From Scenedesmus sp. PABB004 (Eukaryota): a DNA stretch of 64,000 nt. The notes below the pieces were generated by a model. That model made no database searches. It was not told where the DNA came from and saw nothing but the letters and a program-made list of their open reading frames with translations. Positions 48,994-60,600 of the stretch are shown here, piece after piece. Made by a program: the position numbers and the translations under genes. The DNA is taken from NCBI GenBank assembly GCA_014905635.1, contig CM026547.1, forward strand, positions 4,526,001 to 4,590,000, in the 5' to 3' direction. Position 1 is the stretch's first letter. Every line of letters begins with the position of its first letter.

Positions 48994-51053
48994 TCACACG
49001 GTCATGCGCTGCGCGAGCTCCTTGGCGAGGATGCGCTCCTTCTGCTTCTGCTTGTGCTGGGACTTGATGCCCATGATGCCGCCGCCCCACGTGACGCGGG
49101 CGCCGTCGTTGAACTGGCTCTTGAAGCTCTCCACCAGCTTGCCGAACTCGCGCTGGTCCTCGTTCTTGACGCCCGTCAGCGCCAGCACCGCGGCGTTCTT
49201 CTGGTGCACGATCGCGCCCAGGCGCGCCTTGCCCTGCGCGGCGGCGCGGCGGCGGCGCGCGTCAGCGGCCGCGCGGCTGCGCCCGCCGCCCGCCGCGTCC
49301 CCCGCCGCCGCGTCTCCGGCCGCCGCGTCCCCGGCCGCCGCGTCCCCGGCCGCCGCGCCTGCTGCTGCCTGCCCCCGCCCCCGCTCCCGCTCCCGCACCT
49401 TGACGATGCAGTACGGCACGCCCTGGCGCTTGCAGAGCTGGGGCAGCCACACGACGAGCTCGATCGGGTCGACGTCGTGCGCGATCATCACCAGCTGCGC
49501 CTTGCCCGACTCGACCAGGTTGGTCACGTGGTTGAGGCCAAACTTGACCACCAGGGGCTTCTTCTTCTCAGGCTCCTGCGCACGCGCACGGCGCGGCGGC
49601 GGCGTGGCGCGGCGCGGGGCGTGTGAGGCGGCGCGCGCGGGCGCGCGCGGGCGCGCGCCGGCCCGGCACCGCGGGCGCCGCGCGGCGCCGGCCGCGCACC
49701 TTGCCCGCCGCGCGCGCGTCGGCCTCGGCCTTGAGGCGCTCCGCCTTCTCCTTCTTGTCCTCCGGCCTGGCGGCGGCGCGGCGGCGGCGGGGGCGGCGCG
49801 GCGGGGTGAGAGACCAATGTGGTGCGCGACGTGGTGCGCAGCGCCCGCCCGGCGCGGCGCGCCGCCGCCGCCGCGCGCTCCCGTGCGGCGCGCGCGCTCC
49901 GGCGCTGCTGCTGCCCGCAGCGGCGCCGTGCGCACCGGTACTTGAGCAGCAGCTTGAAGAGGGTCTCGGCCTGGTTCTTGTCCAGCGCGCGGGTGACAAA
50001 CCGGTTCAGCACCGGCGGCACCTGCGAGCGGGCGCGGGCGCGGGCGCGGGCAGCGCTGCTCGGCGCCGGCCGCGGCCGCCTGCTGCCCTGCTGCTACCAG
50101 CGCGGCGCCGCCCGCCGGCGGCAGGCCACCGCTCCAGCTCCAGCGCCGCCGCACCTTGAGGCGCATGGACAGCACGCGGCGCTGGCGCTGCAGGCGCACA
50201 TACTTGGGCCACTTGACGAAGCGGCGCAGGTCGCGCTTGGGCGCCGGGTTGCCGCCCAGGCCTGCGCGGGCGCGGGCGCGGCAGGGCGCGGCGGGGTGGG
50301 GGCGGGGTCGAGGCGCGGCGCCGCGTGCGGGCGGCTGCGCAGCTGCGGGGCGTCGGCCGCTGCTGCGCGCTTCAGACGCCGCCCGCTGCGCCGTCGCGCC
50401 GCGCTGCCATGCGCCTCCGTCATGCGCCGCCCCCGCTGCCGCTGCTGCCACGCTCCCCCGTCACCGCCGCCGCTGCGCTCTCCGCTGCGCCGCTGCGCTC
50501 CGCCGCGCCCGACCGCGGCAGCGGCCAGCGGGGGGGGGGGGGGGCAGCGGGGGGCCAGCGGGCCAGCGGGGGGCGCGCGGGCGCCGCCACGGCGCCGCCG
50601 CGCGCCCGCCGGCCGCGGCGCCGCCGCCTGCTGCGCCATGGGGCGCCCCCAGCGTCCGGGCTGGGCCCGCCGCGGCTGGGGCGGCGGGGGCGGGCTGCTG
50701 CTGCCGGCCATCAGGCTTTCGATCCCCCGCGCGCCGCGCACCAAAGTTCTTGGGCCGCTTCTCGAACAGCGGGTTGGTCTCCTTCTTGGGCGCCGCCTGC
50801 GGGCGGGGCGGCGGCTCGCGGTGAGCCCCCGGCGCGCGCCGCGAGGGGGGGCGCCGGCCGCGGGCATGCACCTTCTTGGCGGCCAGCGGCGCCGGCGCGG
50901 GCTTCTTCTTGGGCGCCTGTCACGGGTGTGCGGGGGCGGATGTGGGACCAAAGGCGGCGCTTGTTCGCGCAAAAAAAAGCCTGCGAGCCGCCGCCCCCGA
51001 AGCCGAGGCAGTCCCCATCTCCGCCGCCGCCCGCCAGCCCGGCATCGCACCAT
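48994..51053 (-). CDS. RPL7A: 60S ribosomal protein L7a (eL8)
   Basis: First coding exon is ATG only. [49 protein letters not shown]. Confidence 0.97.
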
Positions 51054-51617
51054 GATCAAACGCCGAGCGGTGCCGCTGGAAAGGAACGAGCCAGCGCTGG
51101 GGCGGCCAGGCAGCAGCAGAGTGCAGCAGCGTGTCAGCGATGGGTAAACCGCGCGTCGCAATCGAGCGTCGCCTGCAGCAGCCGCGCCGTCCACGGTTGA
51201 TCGGCCCCCTGTGAGAGCGCCCCAGCTGGCAGCAGGGCCTGGCGGGCGCTGCTGCGGGTGGGCGCCACTGCCGCCGGCCCCGCTCTCGGCTCGCTGCGCA
51301 GGGGGCGCGCGCCGGCGACGGCCGCTGGCGAGTAAGGCCAGTGGCGGAGACCGCTCGCGGCTGCGCGATCGACGCCGCCGCTGCGCCGCGCCGCGCGCCG
51401 GCCTCCTAGAGTCCGCTCGCCTCCTGTTCACACGATGGACAGACGCGCCCCACGCCGCCGCCACGGCCGCGGGCCGCATGTACAGGCAGTGCCACACGCC
51501 ACCCTCGGCGGGCCCCCCCCCGGCGCGTAACCGGCGCACGCCTCCACTCCCCCCCGGCGCACAGCGCGTGCGCGCGCAATCCCAGCAGGGCAACCCCCCT
51601 CCCACAGGAGCAACTGC

Positions 51618-54600
51618 TCACAGCGCTGGCGGCGGCGGCGGCGGCGGGGCCGCTGCGGCGGCGGCGCCACCACCCTCCGCTGCGCCGGCGACCGCCGGGG
51701 GCGGCGCGCCGCTGCCCGCCGCCGCGCCCGCGGCCCCGAGCCACGAGTTCAGGCTGCCCTCGCGCGCGGGCGCGGCGCCGCCGGCCGCCGGCGGCGCGCC
51801 CGGCGCGGGCGCAGCGGCCGGCGCCGGCGCCGCCTGCGCCGGCGGCATGCTGCCGGGCGCCGCCGCGGGCGCGGGCTCTACGTCCATCGCCTCCTGCAGC
51901 GCCGCGGTGAACGAGCTCGCCGCAAACGGCGGCGCGGCCGCGGCCGCGTCGGCGGGCGCCGCTTGCTGCTGCTTGCGCGCGGCGGCCGCGGCGGCCGCCG
52001 CGGCAGCGGCAGCGGCCGCCGCTGCCGCCGCCGGCACGCCGCCCGCCGCCTGCGGCGGCGGCGTGGGGCCGTTGCTCGCGATCACCACCGCGCCGAGCGC
52101 CGCCTGCTGCGTGACCTGCAGCTGCGCGGGGTGCACCAGCTGCGCCTGCAGCTGCTGCACCGCCGCCTGCTGCTGCTGCAGCAGCTGCAGCCCCGGCGCG
52201 GCGGCGGCGGCGGCGCGGCCCGCCGCCGCCGGCAGCGAGGTCAGGATGGTGAGCTGCGGCTGCTGGCCAGCTGCCAGGCCGCTCGGCAGCACAACCGCCG
52301 CGGCGCCGGGGCCGCCGGGCGCTGCCAGCGCGCCGCCGGTGCCGGGCAGCAGCACGGGCTTGCGCGCCGCCGCCAGCGCGAGGCCGGCCGCCGCGGGCGC
52401 CGCGGCTGCGGGGGCCTGCGGCGCCGCGGCCTTGGCCAGCGCGCTGGCAGCGGCCGCCGGGGCCGCGCCAGCCGCATTGGGCGGCGGCGCGGCCGCGGGC
52501 GCGGCGGGCGGCGCGGCCGGCGGCGCCAACGGCGGTGCGGCCGGCGGCGCGGCCGGCGGCGCGACCGGCGGCGCGGCCGGCGGCGCAGCCGCCGGCGCGG
52601 CGCTCGCCGGCACGCCGCCCACGCCGTTCGGTGCGACCGGCGCTGCCTGCGCGGCGGGCGCCGCCGGCGTGGCCGGCTGCGCAGCGGCCGCCGCGGCGGC
52701 GACGGCCGCGGCCGCTGCCGCCGCCGCAGCGGCAGCCGCCTGCTGCTGCGCCTGCGCCTGCTGCTGCGCCTGCGCCTGCGCCTGCTGCTGCGCCTGCGCC
52801 TGCACCTGCTGCTGCGCCTGCGCCTGCGCCTGCGCCTGCGCCTGCGCCTGCTGCTCCGCGTTCTTCTGCAGCAGCGCCAGCAGGTGGCCCTTGTACTGCT
52901 CCGGCAGCGCGTCGACCGTGAGCCGGCCCGACGCGAGCGCCTGCAGGATCTCGGCCGTCGCCTGCTGCTCCACCACGGCCGCGAGGCTGCCGCTGCCGCC
53001 GGCGCCGCCGAGCGCGAGCGCGCCCACGGCGCCCGCGCCCTGCAGCGCCTCGGGCTTGACCAGCCCGCCGCCCTCGCCGCCGGCCGCGGCCGCGGCGGCC
53101 GCCGCGAGGTCGAGCGCGCGCGGCGCGCCGGCGCCCAGGCCCGCCGCGGCGGCCGCTGCCGCCTGCAGCAGCTCGCCCGCGCCGGGCCCGCCGCCCGCGA
53201 CCGCCGCCGCGACGGCCGCCGCCGCCGCGTCGGCCGCCGCGCCGCCGCCGCCGCCGGGCACGCCCGCCGCGGTGCGCTGGATGTGCTGCGCCGCGGCCTG
53301 GAGCTGCTGCATCGGCAGCGCCTGGTTGAGGAAGTCGACCATGACGTTGATGCGCGCCGAGTGCAGCGCCTTGCGGCCCTGGTAGTCGCGGTTGGCGCTG
53401 TCGATCGCGCCCTGCGCGGCGGCGTCGGGCGAGCGGGGGCCGTGAGCGGGACCGTGAGCGCTCGGCGGCGTGCGCGTGCTGCGCGTGCTGCGCGTGCTGC
53501 GCCGGCCATGCGCGTGCGGCCGGCCGCGAAGCCGCCGCCGCTGCCACGCGCCTGGGCCTTGTTGCGGATGCGCTCCATGAAGTCTTGGTACTCGCGCTGT
53601 ATCTGCTGCACCTTGAGCGTGTGCGTGCGGTCCAGCAGCACCATGCTCTCCTGCGCCTCGCGCACCTGCGGCGCCAGACCCGGACCCGGACCCGGCGCGC
53701 GCGCGTCGGCGGGGGCCCGCCGCCTGCAGCGCAATGCGCGGCCGCGGCGGCAGGGCGCGCGCGCGCGCGTCCCAAGGCGCCGCCGCCGCCGCGCCTGCTT
53801 GAGTGCGCTCTTGATGGTCGCGTCGTTCAGCTGGCCTGCCATCTGCAGCAGCGGCATCAGCGTCGCGAGCGGTCCGAGCGGGATCGTGTCCAGGCTGCCC
53901 TGGCTCAGCGCCGCGGACGTGAGGTCGGCGGCGAGGATCGCCGAGAGCTTTGACCCGAAGCTGTCGACCTCGTTGCCGCCGCCCGGCGCGCCGCCGGCGG
54001 CGTCGAGCGCGCCAGCGCCCTCGCCGCCGCGGCCGTGCGGCTTGGGCTTGGGCTCGACGTCGTCCTCGATCTGCGGCGGCGACAGCGGCGGCGTCAGCGT
54101 GAGCGCCGCGCCCCGCCTCAGCCGCGCCGCGCGCCCGGCGCGCCGGCCGCGCCGCGCCGCGCCGCGCCGCGCACCGGGCCGCCCGCCGCGGCGGCCGCGA
54201 GCGCCGCGGCGTCGATGAGGCCCTTGGCCGCGAGCGCGTCGATGCGCAGCGCGAGCTCCCGGTAGTACGCGAGCTTGGTGAGGATGTGCCAGAAGACCTG
54301 TACACAAATACAACAAATACAGGCGGGCGGGTGAGCGCGGGTGCGCGCGGGTGAGCGTGGGTGAGCGCGGGCGAGCGCGGGCGAGCGCGGGCGAGCGCGG
54401 GTGGGCGCGGGTGAGCGCGGGTGAGCGCAGCGCGGCGGCGGGAGCGGCGGCGGGGAGGCGGCGGCGGCACTGCGTGCGCGCGCGCGCGCCTGGTCGAGCG
54501 CCTTTGGCTCGTGGCCGTAGCGCGCGGCGAGCAGGTCGAGGCCGCCGCCGTCGCCGAGCGGCGCGTGCATGAGGTGCGCCGCGACGCCCACGAGCGTGAC

Positions 54601-57600
54601 GAGGCTGTAGTCCTGGAAGTCGCTCGCCGCCTCGTCCTCCTGGCGGCGGCGGCGCAGCGGGCGCGGCAGGGCGGCGGCGGGGGAGCGGGGGAGCAGCGCG
54701 TCAGCCGGGCGGCGGCGCGGCAGGCGCTGCGGTGGAAAGGGGCGCGGCGCGGGCGCGGGCGCGGGCGCGGGGGCGCGGGCGCGGGCGCGGGCGTGCGGCG
54801 CGCCTGGCGCATGATCATGAGGATCTCTGCCGCCTGGCAGGCCATGGCGACGACGTCGGCATCGAGGCCGAGCTCCTGCACGATGCCCTCGATGCGCGCA
54901 AACGCGCGCAGCGCGATCGCGTGCTCCACGCTGCCCGGGTCCTGGCAGGAGGCCTTGATCGCCTCCATGCGCGCATACTCACGCAGCACCTGGGGGCAGG
55001 AGCGGGGAGGGAGGGAGTAGGGAGCGCGTGGGCGTGGGCGTGGGCGTGGGCGTGTGGAGGGGGCCGCGGGCCGCGGCGCGGCGCTGCGGCGAGGCCGAGG
55101 CGGCGGGCGCCCCCAGCGTGCGCGCGCGCCGCGCACCTGCACGCGCAGCGCGCGTGACGCGTCGTCGCCGCCGCCGCCGGCGCCGCCGCCGGGCGCGTCG
55201 CCGTAGCCGCCCGCGCCGTAGCCGCCGCCGCCGCCGCCGCCGCGCTCGCCGCCCCACGCGAGCCCGCCGCGCCGCCGGCGCTTGGCGGGGCGGTCGCCCT
55301 CGCCGCTGCCCACGCGCACGAGGTCGGGCGCCGCGGCCATGCCCGGCGGCGTGTAGTAGGCGTCGTCGTCGGTGCGCCGCCGCCGCGCGCCGCGCCCGCC
55401 GCCGCGGCCGCCGGGCGCGCCGCCGCCGCCGCCGCGCGCGCCGCGGCCGCCGCCGCGGCCGCCGCCGCGGCCGCCGCGCGTGCGCGCGCCGCCGCCGTCG
55501 GCGTCGTGCAGGCCATGCCCGTGGTCGGCCGCGTGCGGGTAGGCCCCGCCCAGCGCGGCGTGGCCGCCGAGCGCGGGCGGCACGCGGCCGTACGCGTGCA
55601 GGCCGCCGTCGGCGGGCGCGGTGTGGTGGCCGGCGCCGGCGTGGTGGTGGTGGTGGTGGTGGTGGTGGTGCCCGTCGCCGTGCTCGCCGCCGCCGTACTC
55701 GTCGTCACTGTCGCCGTCGGCGCCCCAGCCGTCGTCGTCATCGCCGCCCAGGCCCTCGCTGCGGCTGCGCCGCCCCGGCCCGCGCTCGGCGCCGCCCTCG
55801 CTGCCGAGCAGCTCGCCGTCGAGGCCCTCGTCGCGGCGCAGGCTGTCCCAGCGCGCGCGCAGCAGGGCCGCCCAGTAGACGGAGCTCGCCGCCGCGCTCT
55901 CGCTGCGGCTGAGCGCGAGCGCGCCGTCGCCGCCGGCCGGGCCGCCCTCGGCCGCCGCCGCCGCCGCCGCCGCGGCCGCCTCGTCGTCCTCCGCCTCGCC
56001 GCCCTCGGGCTCATCCTCATCCTCGCCGCCCACTGCGCATGGCAGGCGCGGGGGCGGCGCGCTCGGGGCGGGGCGGTGCGCGCGCCCCAGCACGGCGCGC
56101 TCGCAGCCCCCCACCTCCCACGCCCCCGCCCGCGCCCCCGCGCCGCACCCGCGTCGTCGTCCACGCTCTTGTCCACGTCCGGCCACACGCGCACCGCCGC
56201 GCTGTCGAGCCCCGGGCCCAGGTCGTACGGCGCGCACGCGGCCGCGCCGCCGCCGCTGCCGCCGGCGTCGCTCGCACCGCGCGGCGAGGCCGGCCCGCCC
56301 GCCGCGAGCGCGGCCGCCGCCGACGCGCAGGCCGCGGCGCCGCGCGACAGCACCGCGAGCACCTGCTCCTGGCTGTAGCTGATCGGCGCCGGCCGCGCAG
56401 CCTCCGACGGCTGCGCCGCCGCGGGCTTGGCGCCGTCGGCGCCCTCGCCCTCGCCCGCGGCGGCGGCGGCCGCCGCCGCCGGCGCGCCGTCTGCGTGTCC
56501 GGCCGGGGGCGCTGCGTCGGCGGCCGGGGGCGCTGCCGCTGCAGCGTCGGCCATCTCCACGTCGCCGGGCGCGCCGCCCTCGGCGGGCTGCTGCGGCGCC
56601 GCCTCGGCGGGCTCTGCCGGCGCGGCGGCGCCCGCCGCGCCGTCCGCCGCTGCGGTCGCCTGCTGCTCCGGCTGCTGCGGCGCCGCGCCGTCCGGCGCGG
56701 CGGGCTCCGGGTGCGCGGCGAACAGCTCGGCCGAGCCCCAGCGGATGACGTCCTCGAGCGTGCGCGCGCCGCTCGTGCTCGAGCGCGCGGGCCCGGGGCG
56801 CAGCACCGCGTCCAGCGGCTTGCGCCTGGCGGCGGCGGCGCCGGCGGCGGCGGCGGCGGGGTGAGCACGGCGCCCCGGGCTGCCTTGCGCGCGCGCGGGC
56901 TGCCTCGCGCGCACCTGTCGGCCAGCTGCAGCAGGCGCTCCTCCACGCTGTGGCGCAGCACGATGCGGAAGACCGCCAGCTGCCCCGGCGCGCCCGCGCG
57001 GTGCGCCCTGTGCAGGGCCTGCAGGTCGAGGCGCGGGTGCCAGTCGCTCTCAAAGATGATCGCCGCGGCCAGGCCGGGCAGGTCGGTGCCGAGGCCGATG
57101 CTGCGCGGCGACATGATGCAGAGGAAGGGCCGCTCCGCGCCGCCGGCGCCGGGCGCGGCGTTCAGGCGCGCGACCGCGGCGGCGCGCTGCGCCGCCGGCG
57201 CCGAGGGGTCGGCCGCCTCGAAGCTGGCCGCGCCAAAGCGCAGCCGCGCGTACTCCGCCAGCAGCTCCAGCGCCTGCCGAGGCGGGAGGCGCGGCGCCGG
57301 GGCAGGGTGAGCGCCCGCGCGCGGGCGGCAGCGGCGCCGGCGCCGGCGGGGGCAGGCAGGCGCCGCGCTCACCTTGGGCGAGTGCGCCGTGACGAGCACC
57401 TGCTTGCCCTGGCCCTGCAGCTCGGTGAGCATCGCGTCGAGCAGCTGCAGCTTGCCACTCGCGGCGATGAGCGCGGCCAGGTACTGCTCGTCCGTGGCGA
57501 CCGCCCCGTCAGCGCCGCGAGCGCGGCGGCCGTGCCGCCGCCGGCGCTGGCGCCGGGCGCGGGCGCGGGCGCGGCGCGGTCGGGCTCAAACTCGGGCGCC

Positions 57601-60600
57601 ATGAAGGGGTGCTGGCAGAGCTTGGTCAGCTCGCTGCAGATGAGGCGCAGCTGCGCGCCGCGCCCGCCGGCGAGCCTGCGTGGGGAGGCGCGGGGCGGGC
57701 GCCGCGCGGTGGGCGTCGGGCGCGGGCCCCGCCGCGCAGGCCAGCACGCGGTGCGGCGCGCCTGCGCGGGCGCGCGGGCAGCCGGAGCGCACCTGGGCGG
57801 CTTGGGGTCGGCCAGGACCTCAAAGTTGCGGGCGAGCAGCGTCTTGTACGCCTCGGCCTGCAGCGGCGCGGCGTCGACCTGCAGCTGCACCTCCGCGACC
57901 GGCAGCTGCTGCGCCGGCGGCCGCAGCTCGCGCAGGCAGCGGCGCAGCGTGTGCGGCTCCAGCGACGCCGCCAGGCAGGCCGCCTGCGAGCGCGGGGCGT
58001 GGCGGCGCGGCGGCGGCGGGCGCGTCGGCCGCCGCGCAGCGCGAGCGCGCGTGCAGTCGCGGCCCGCGCGCGCGGCGGCACCCGCACCTGCTGCTCCGGC
58101 TCGGTCGCGCTCGGCGGCACCGCGTCGGCGAGCTCGCTGTACGCGCCCGGCTGCACAAAGCTCAGCAGGCTGAACAGCGCGTCGGGCGGCACGCCGCGCG
58201 CGCCGTGCGGCGACAGCACGACGCGGTGCGCCGCGCTCAGCTCCTGCAGCGCCGCGGCGGCCTTGCCGACCGCGCTGCGGCTGCGCTGCCGCCGGTCGAC
58301 GACGACCGCGGCCCACTTGAGCGCGCCCAGGACGTGCACGTCGCTGCAGGCGACCTCGTAGGTCGTGAGCACGACGTCCGGCTTGGCCACGCGCCCGAGC
58401 GCCGCGAGCGCGCCGCGCCCGCGCCGCGCGCCGCGCCGCCCGCGGCGCCGCGCTTGCTGTCCATGCTCGAGGGCGTGAGCCAGAGCTCGTGCTCCGCGAG
58501 CGCGTGGCGCGCGGCGGACGAGCCGGCGTACGTCACGACCTGCGTGTCGGGCGGCGCCCAAAACGCGAGCTCGCCTGCGCGGCGGCGGGCGCGGCGGCGC
58601 TGGTCAGTGGGGGCGGCGCGGCGGCGCCGACGCGGCAGCCTGCGGTGGCGCCCTCTTTCTCTCTCTCTCCCTATCCCTCTCCCTCTCTCGCGCGCGGCTC
58701 ACCCTCCCAGAACGCGAGCATCGGCTGCGGCACGACGATGAGCACCGGCTGCGTGACGTGGAACTCATGGACCAGCGCCGCGACGTAGCCGACCGCGGCC
58801 GCGGTCTTGCCCAGGCCCTGCTCGTCCGCGAGCACCGCGGCGCGCCGGCCCGCCCACATGGCGCGCAGCCACTGCAGCGCCGCGAGCTGGTGCGCGTGCA
58901 GCGGGCTGCCCAGCACGTAGGGCGGCTGGCTCTCAACCTGCAGGCCGGCGGCGGCGGCGGGAGCGGGCTGAGCGGGCGCGGCGGCGGCGCTCCCCGGCGC
59001 GGCCGCTGCACAGCGGCCCGCAGGCGGCCGCGGCCGGCCGTCGCGCCGCGGCGGGCGGCCGGCACGCACCGGCTCGAGCTGCCGCTCCGCCGCCTGCAGC
59101 GTGGCGCGCTCCTTGCGCTGGGCGTCGGGCCCCGCGCGCGCGACCGCGCGGCGCTGCCGCTCCCACAGCTCCAGGTGCAGCTGCACGTGCTCCGGCTGCA
59201 TCAGCGCGGGGCACTGCTCGCTCTCCCAGGTGCACGCGTCGTAGCCCTGCGGCCGCAGCGGGCGCGGGCGTGGGCGCGAGCGCGGGCGCGGCGGGCGCGC
59301 AGGCGCGGCGGGCGCGCGGGCGCGGCGCGGCCGCCGCCGGCCCGCGGCCCCCGCGCCGCGCACCTGGCCATGCCACTTCACCAGCACCTCCCAGCCCGGG
59401 CTGCTGGGCGCGGGCCGGCGCGCGACGAAGCGCTCCGGCTGCGTCCACGCCGCGTCGACGAGGCTCACGGGCGCGTCGCCGTGGCGCTTGCGGAAGTTAA
59501 ACAGCTTGCGGCGCGCGATGCCCAGCAGCGCGCTCTCGGGCAGCCACTCGTTGTGGATGTGCGCGCGGCCCGCCCACTTGACGAAATAGCTGGGCTCCGC
59601 CGAGCCGACGCCGTCGGCGCCGTCGCCCGGCGCGTCGACGGGCGCGGCGGCCGCCGCCGCGGGGTCGAGCGCCGGCGCGCCGTCGGAGCCAAAGCCGAGC
59701 AGCGCGGCGGCCGCGTCCGCCTCCTCCTGCGCCATGGCGTCGCCGGGCTGCGCCGGCGCCGCCGCGCCGCCGCCGGCCGCGGCGGCGGGCGCGTCGGCCA
59801 TGTCGGCGTCGCCCTGCCCGGCTGCAGCTGCAGCCGCGGCGCCGCCGTCCGCGCCGGCGTCGGCCTGCGCCGCGGCCCGCGCCGCCGCGACCGCGCTCGC
59901 CGGCGACGCGCCGGCCTGCATCGCCGCCTTGATCGCCGCCCACTTGCGTGCGCGCGCCGCCTCGGCCGCCTGCTTCTGGCTCTGCTCCGCGTCGCGCTGC
60001 TGCTGCGTGAGCGGGAGCCGCCACGCCAGGATGGTCTCGACCGCGCTCTTCCCGCCCGCGGGGGCGCCGCGGCGGCGCCCGGCTCGGCGCCCCAGCCCTC
60101 GCTGTCGCTGTTGTCGTCATCCTCGGGCGTGATGCCGCGCCGCCCGCGGCCGCCGCGGCCGCGGCCGCCCCGGCCGCCGCGCTTGCCGCGCGAGCGCGCG
60201 CCGCGGCCGCGGCCGCGCGCCGAGCGCGGCGCCAGCAGCGGCGCCGGCGGCGGCTGGGGGTGGGGCGGCGGCGACGGGCGGCGTGAGACGCACGCGGCGG
60301 GGCGGCGCTGGCGCAGGCCCCCGCGCCCCGCACCCCGCGCGCCGCCTCCACCCCTGCCCGCGCACCTCGCGCGACACGCCCCAGCCGCCGTCCGAGTCGC
60401 TGCCGTCGTCGGCGCCGTCGCGGCCACCGCCCCGGCCTGCGCCCTCGCCGCGCAGCGCCGCCTCGGCCGCCGCGACGCTCGCGAGCAGCACCGGGTCGGC
60501 GGGCGCGGCGCCGTCGCCGTTGCCGCTGACGTCGCCGAGTGCAAAGGGCTTGATGTTATCAAACGGCAGCCAGGCATACTCCGCCTCCTCGTCACCCTTG

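Noticed and set aside
52740..52856. Poly-Cys/Ala metallothionein-like ORF on the plus strand
   Set aside because: It is the antisense of the (CAG GCG)n Gln/Ala tract in the CHD-like gene.
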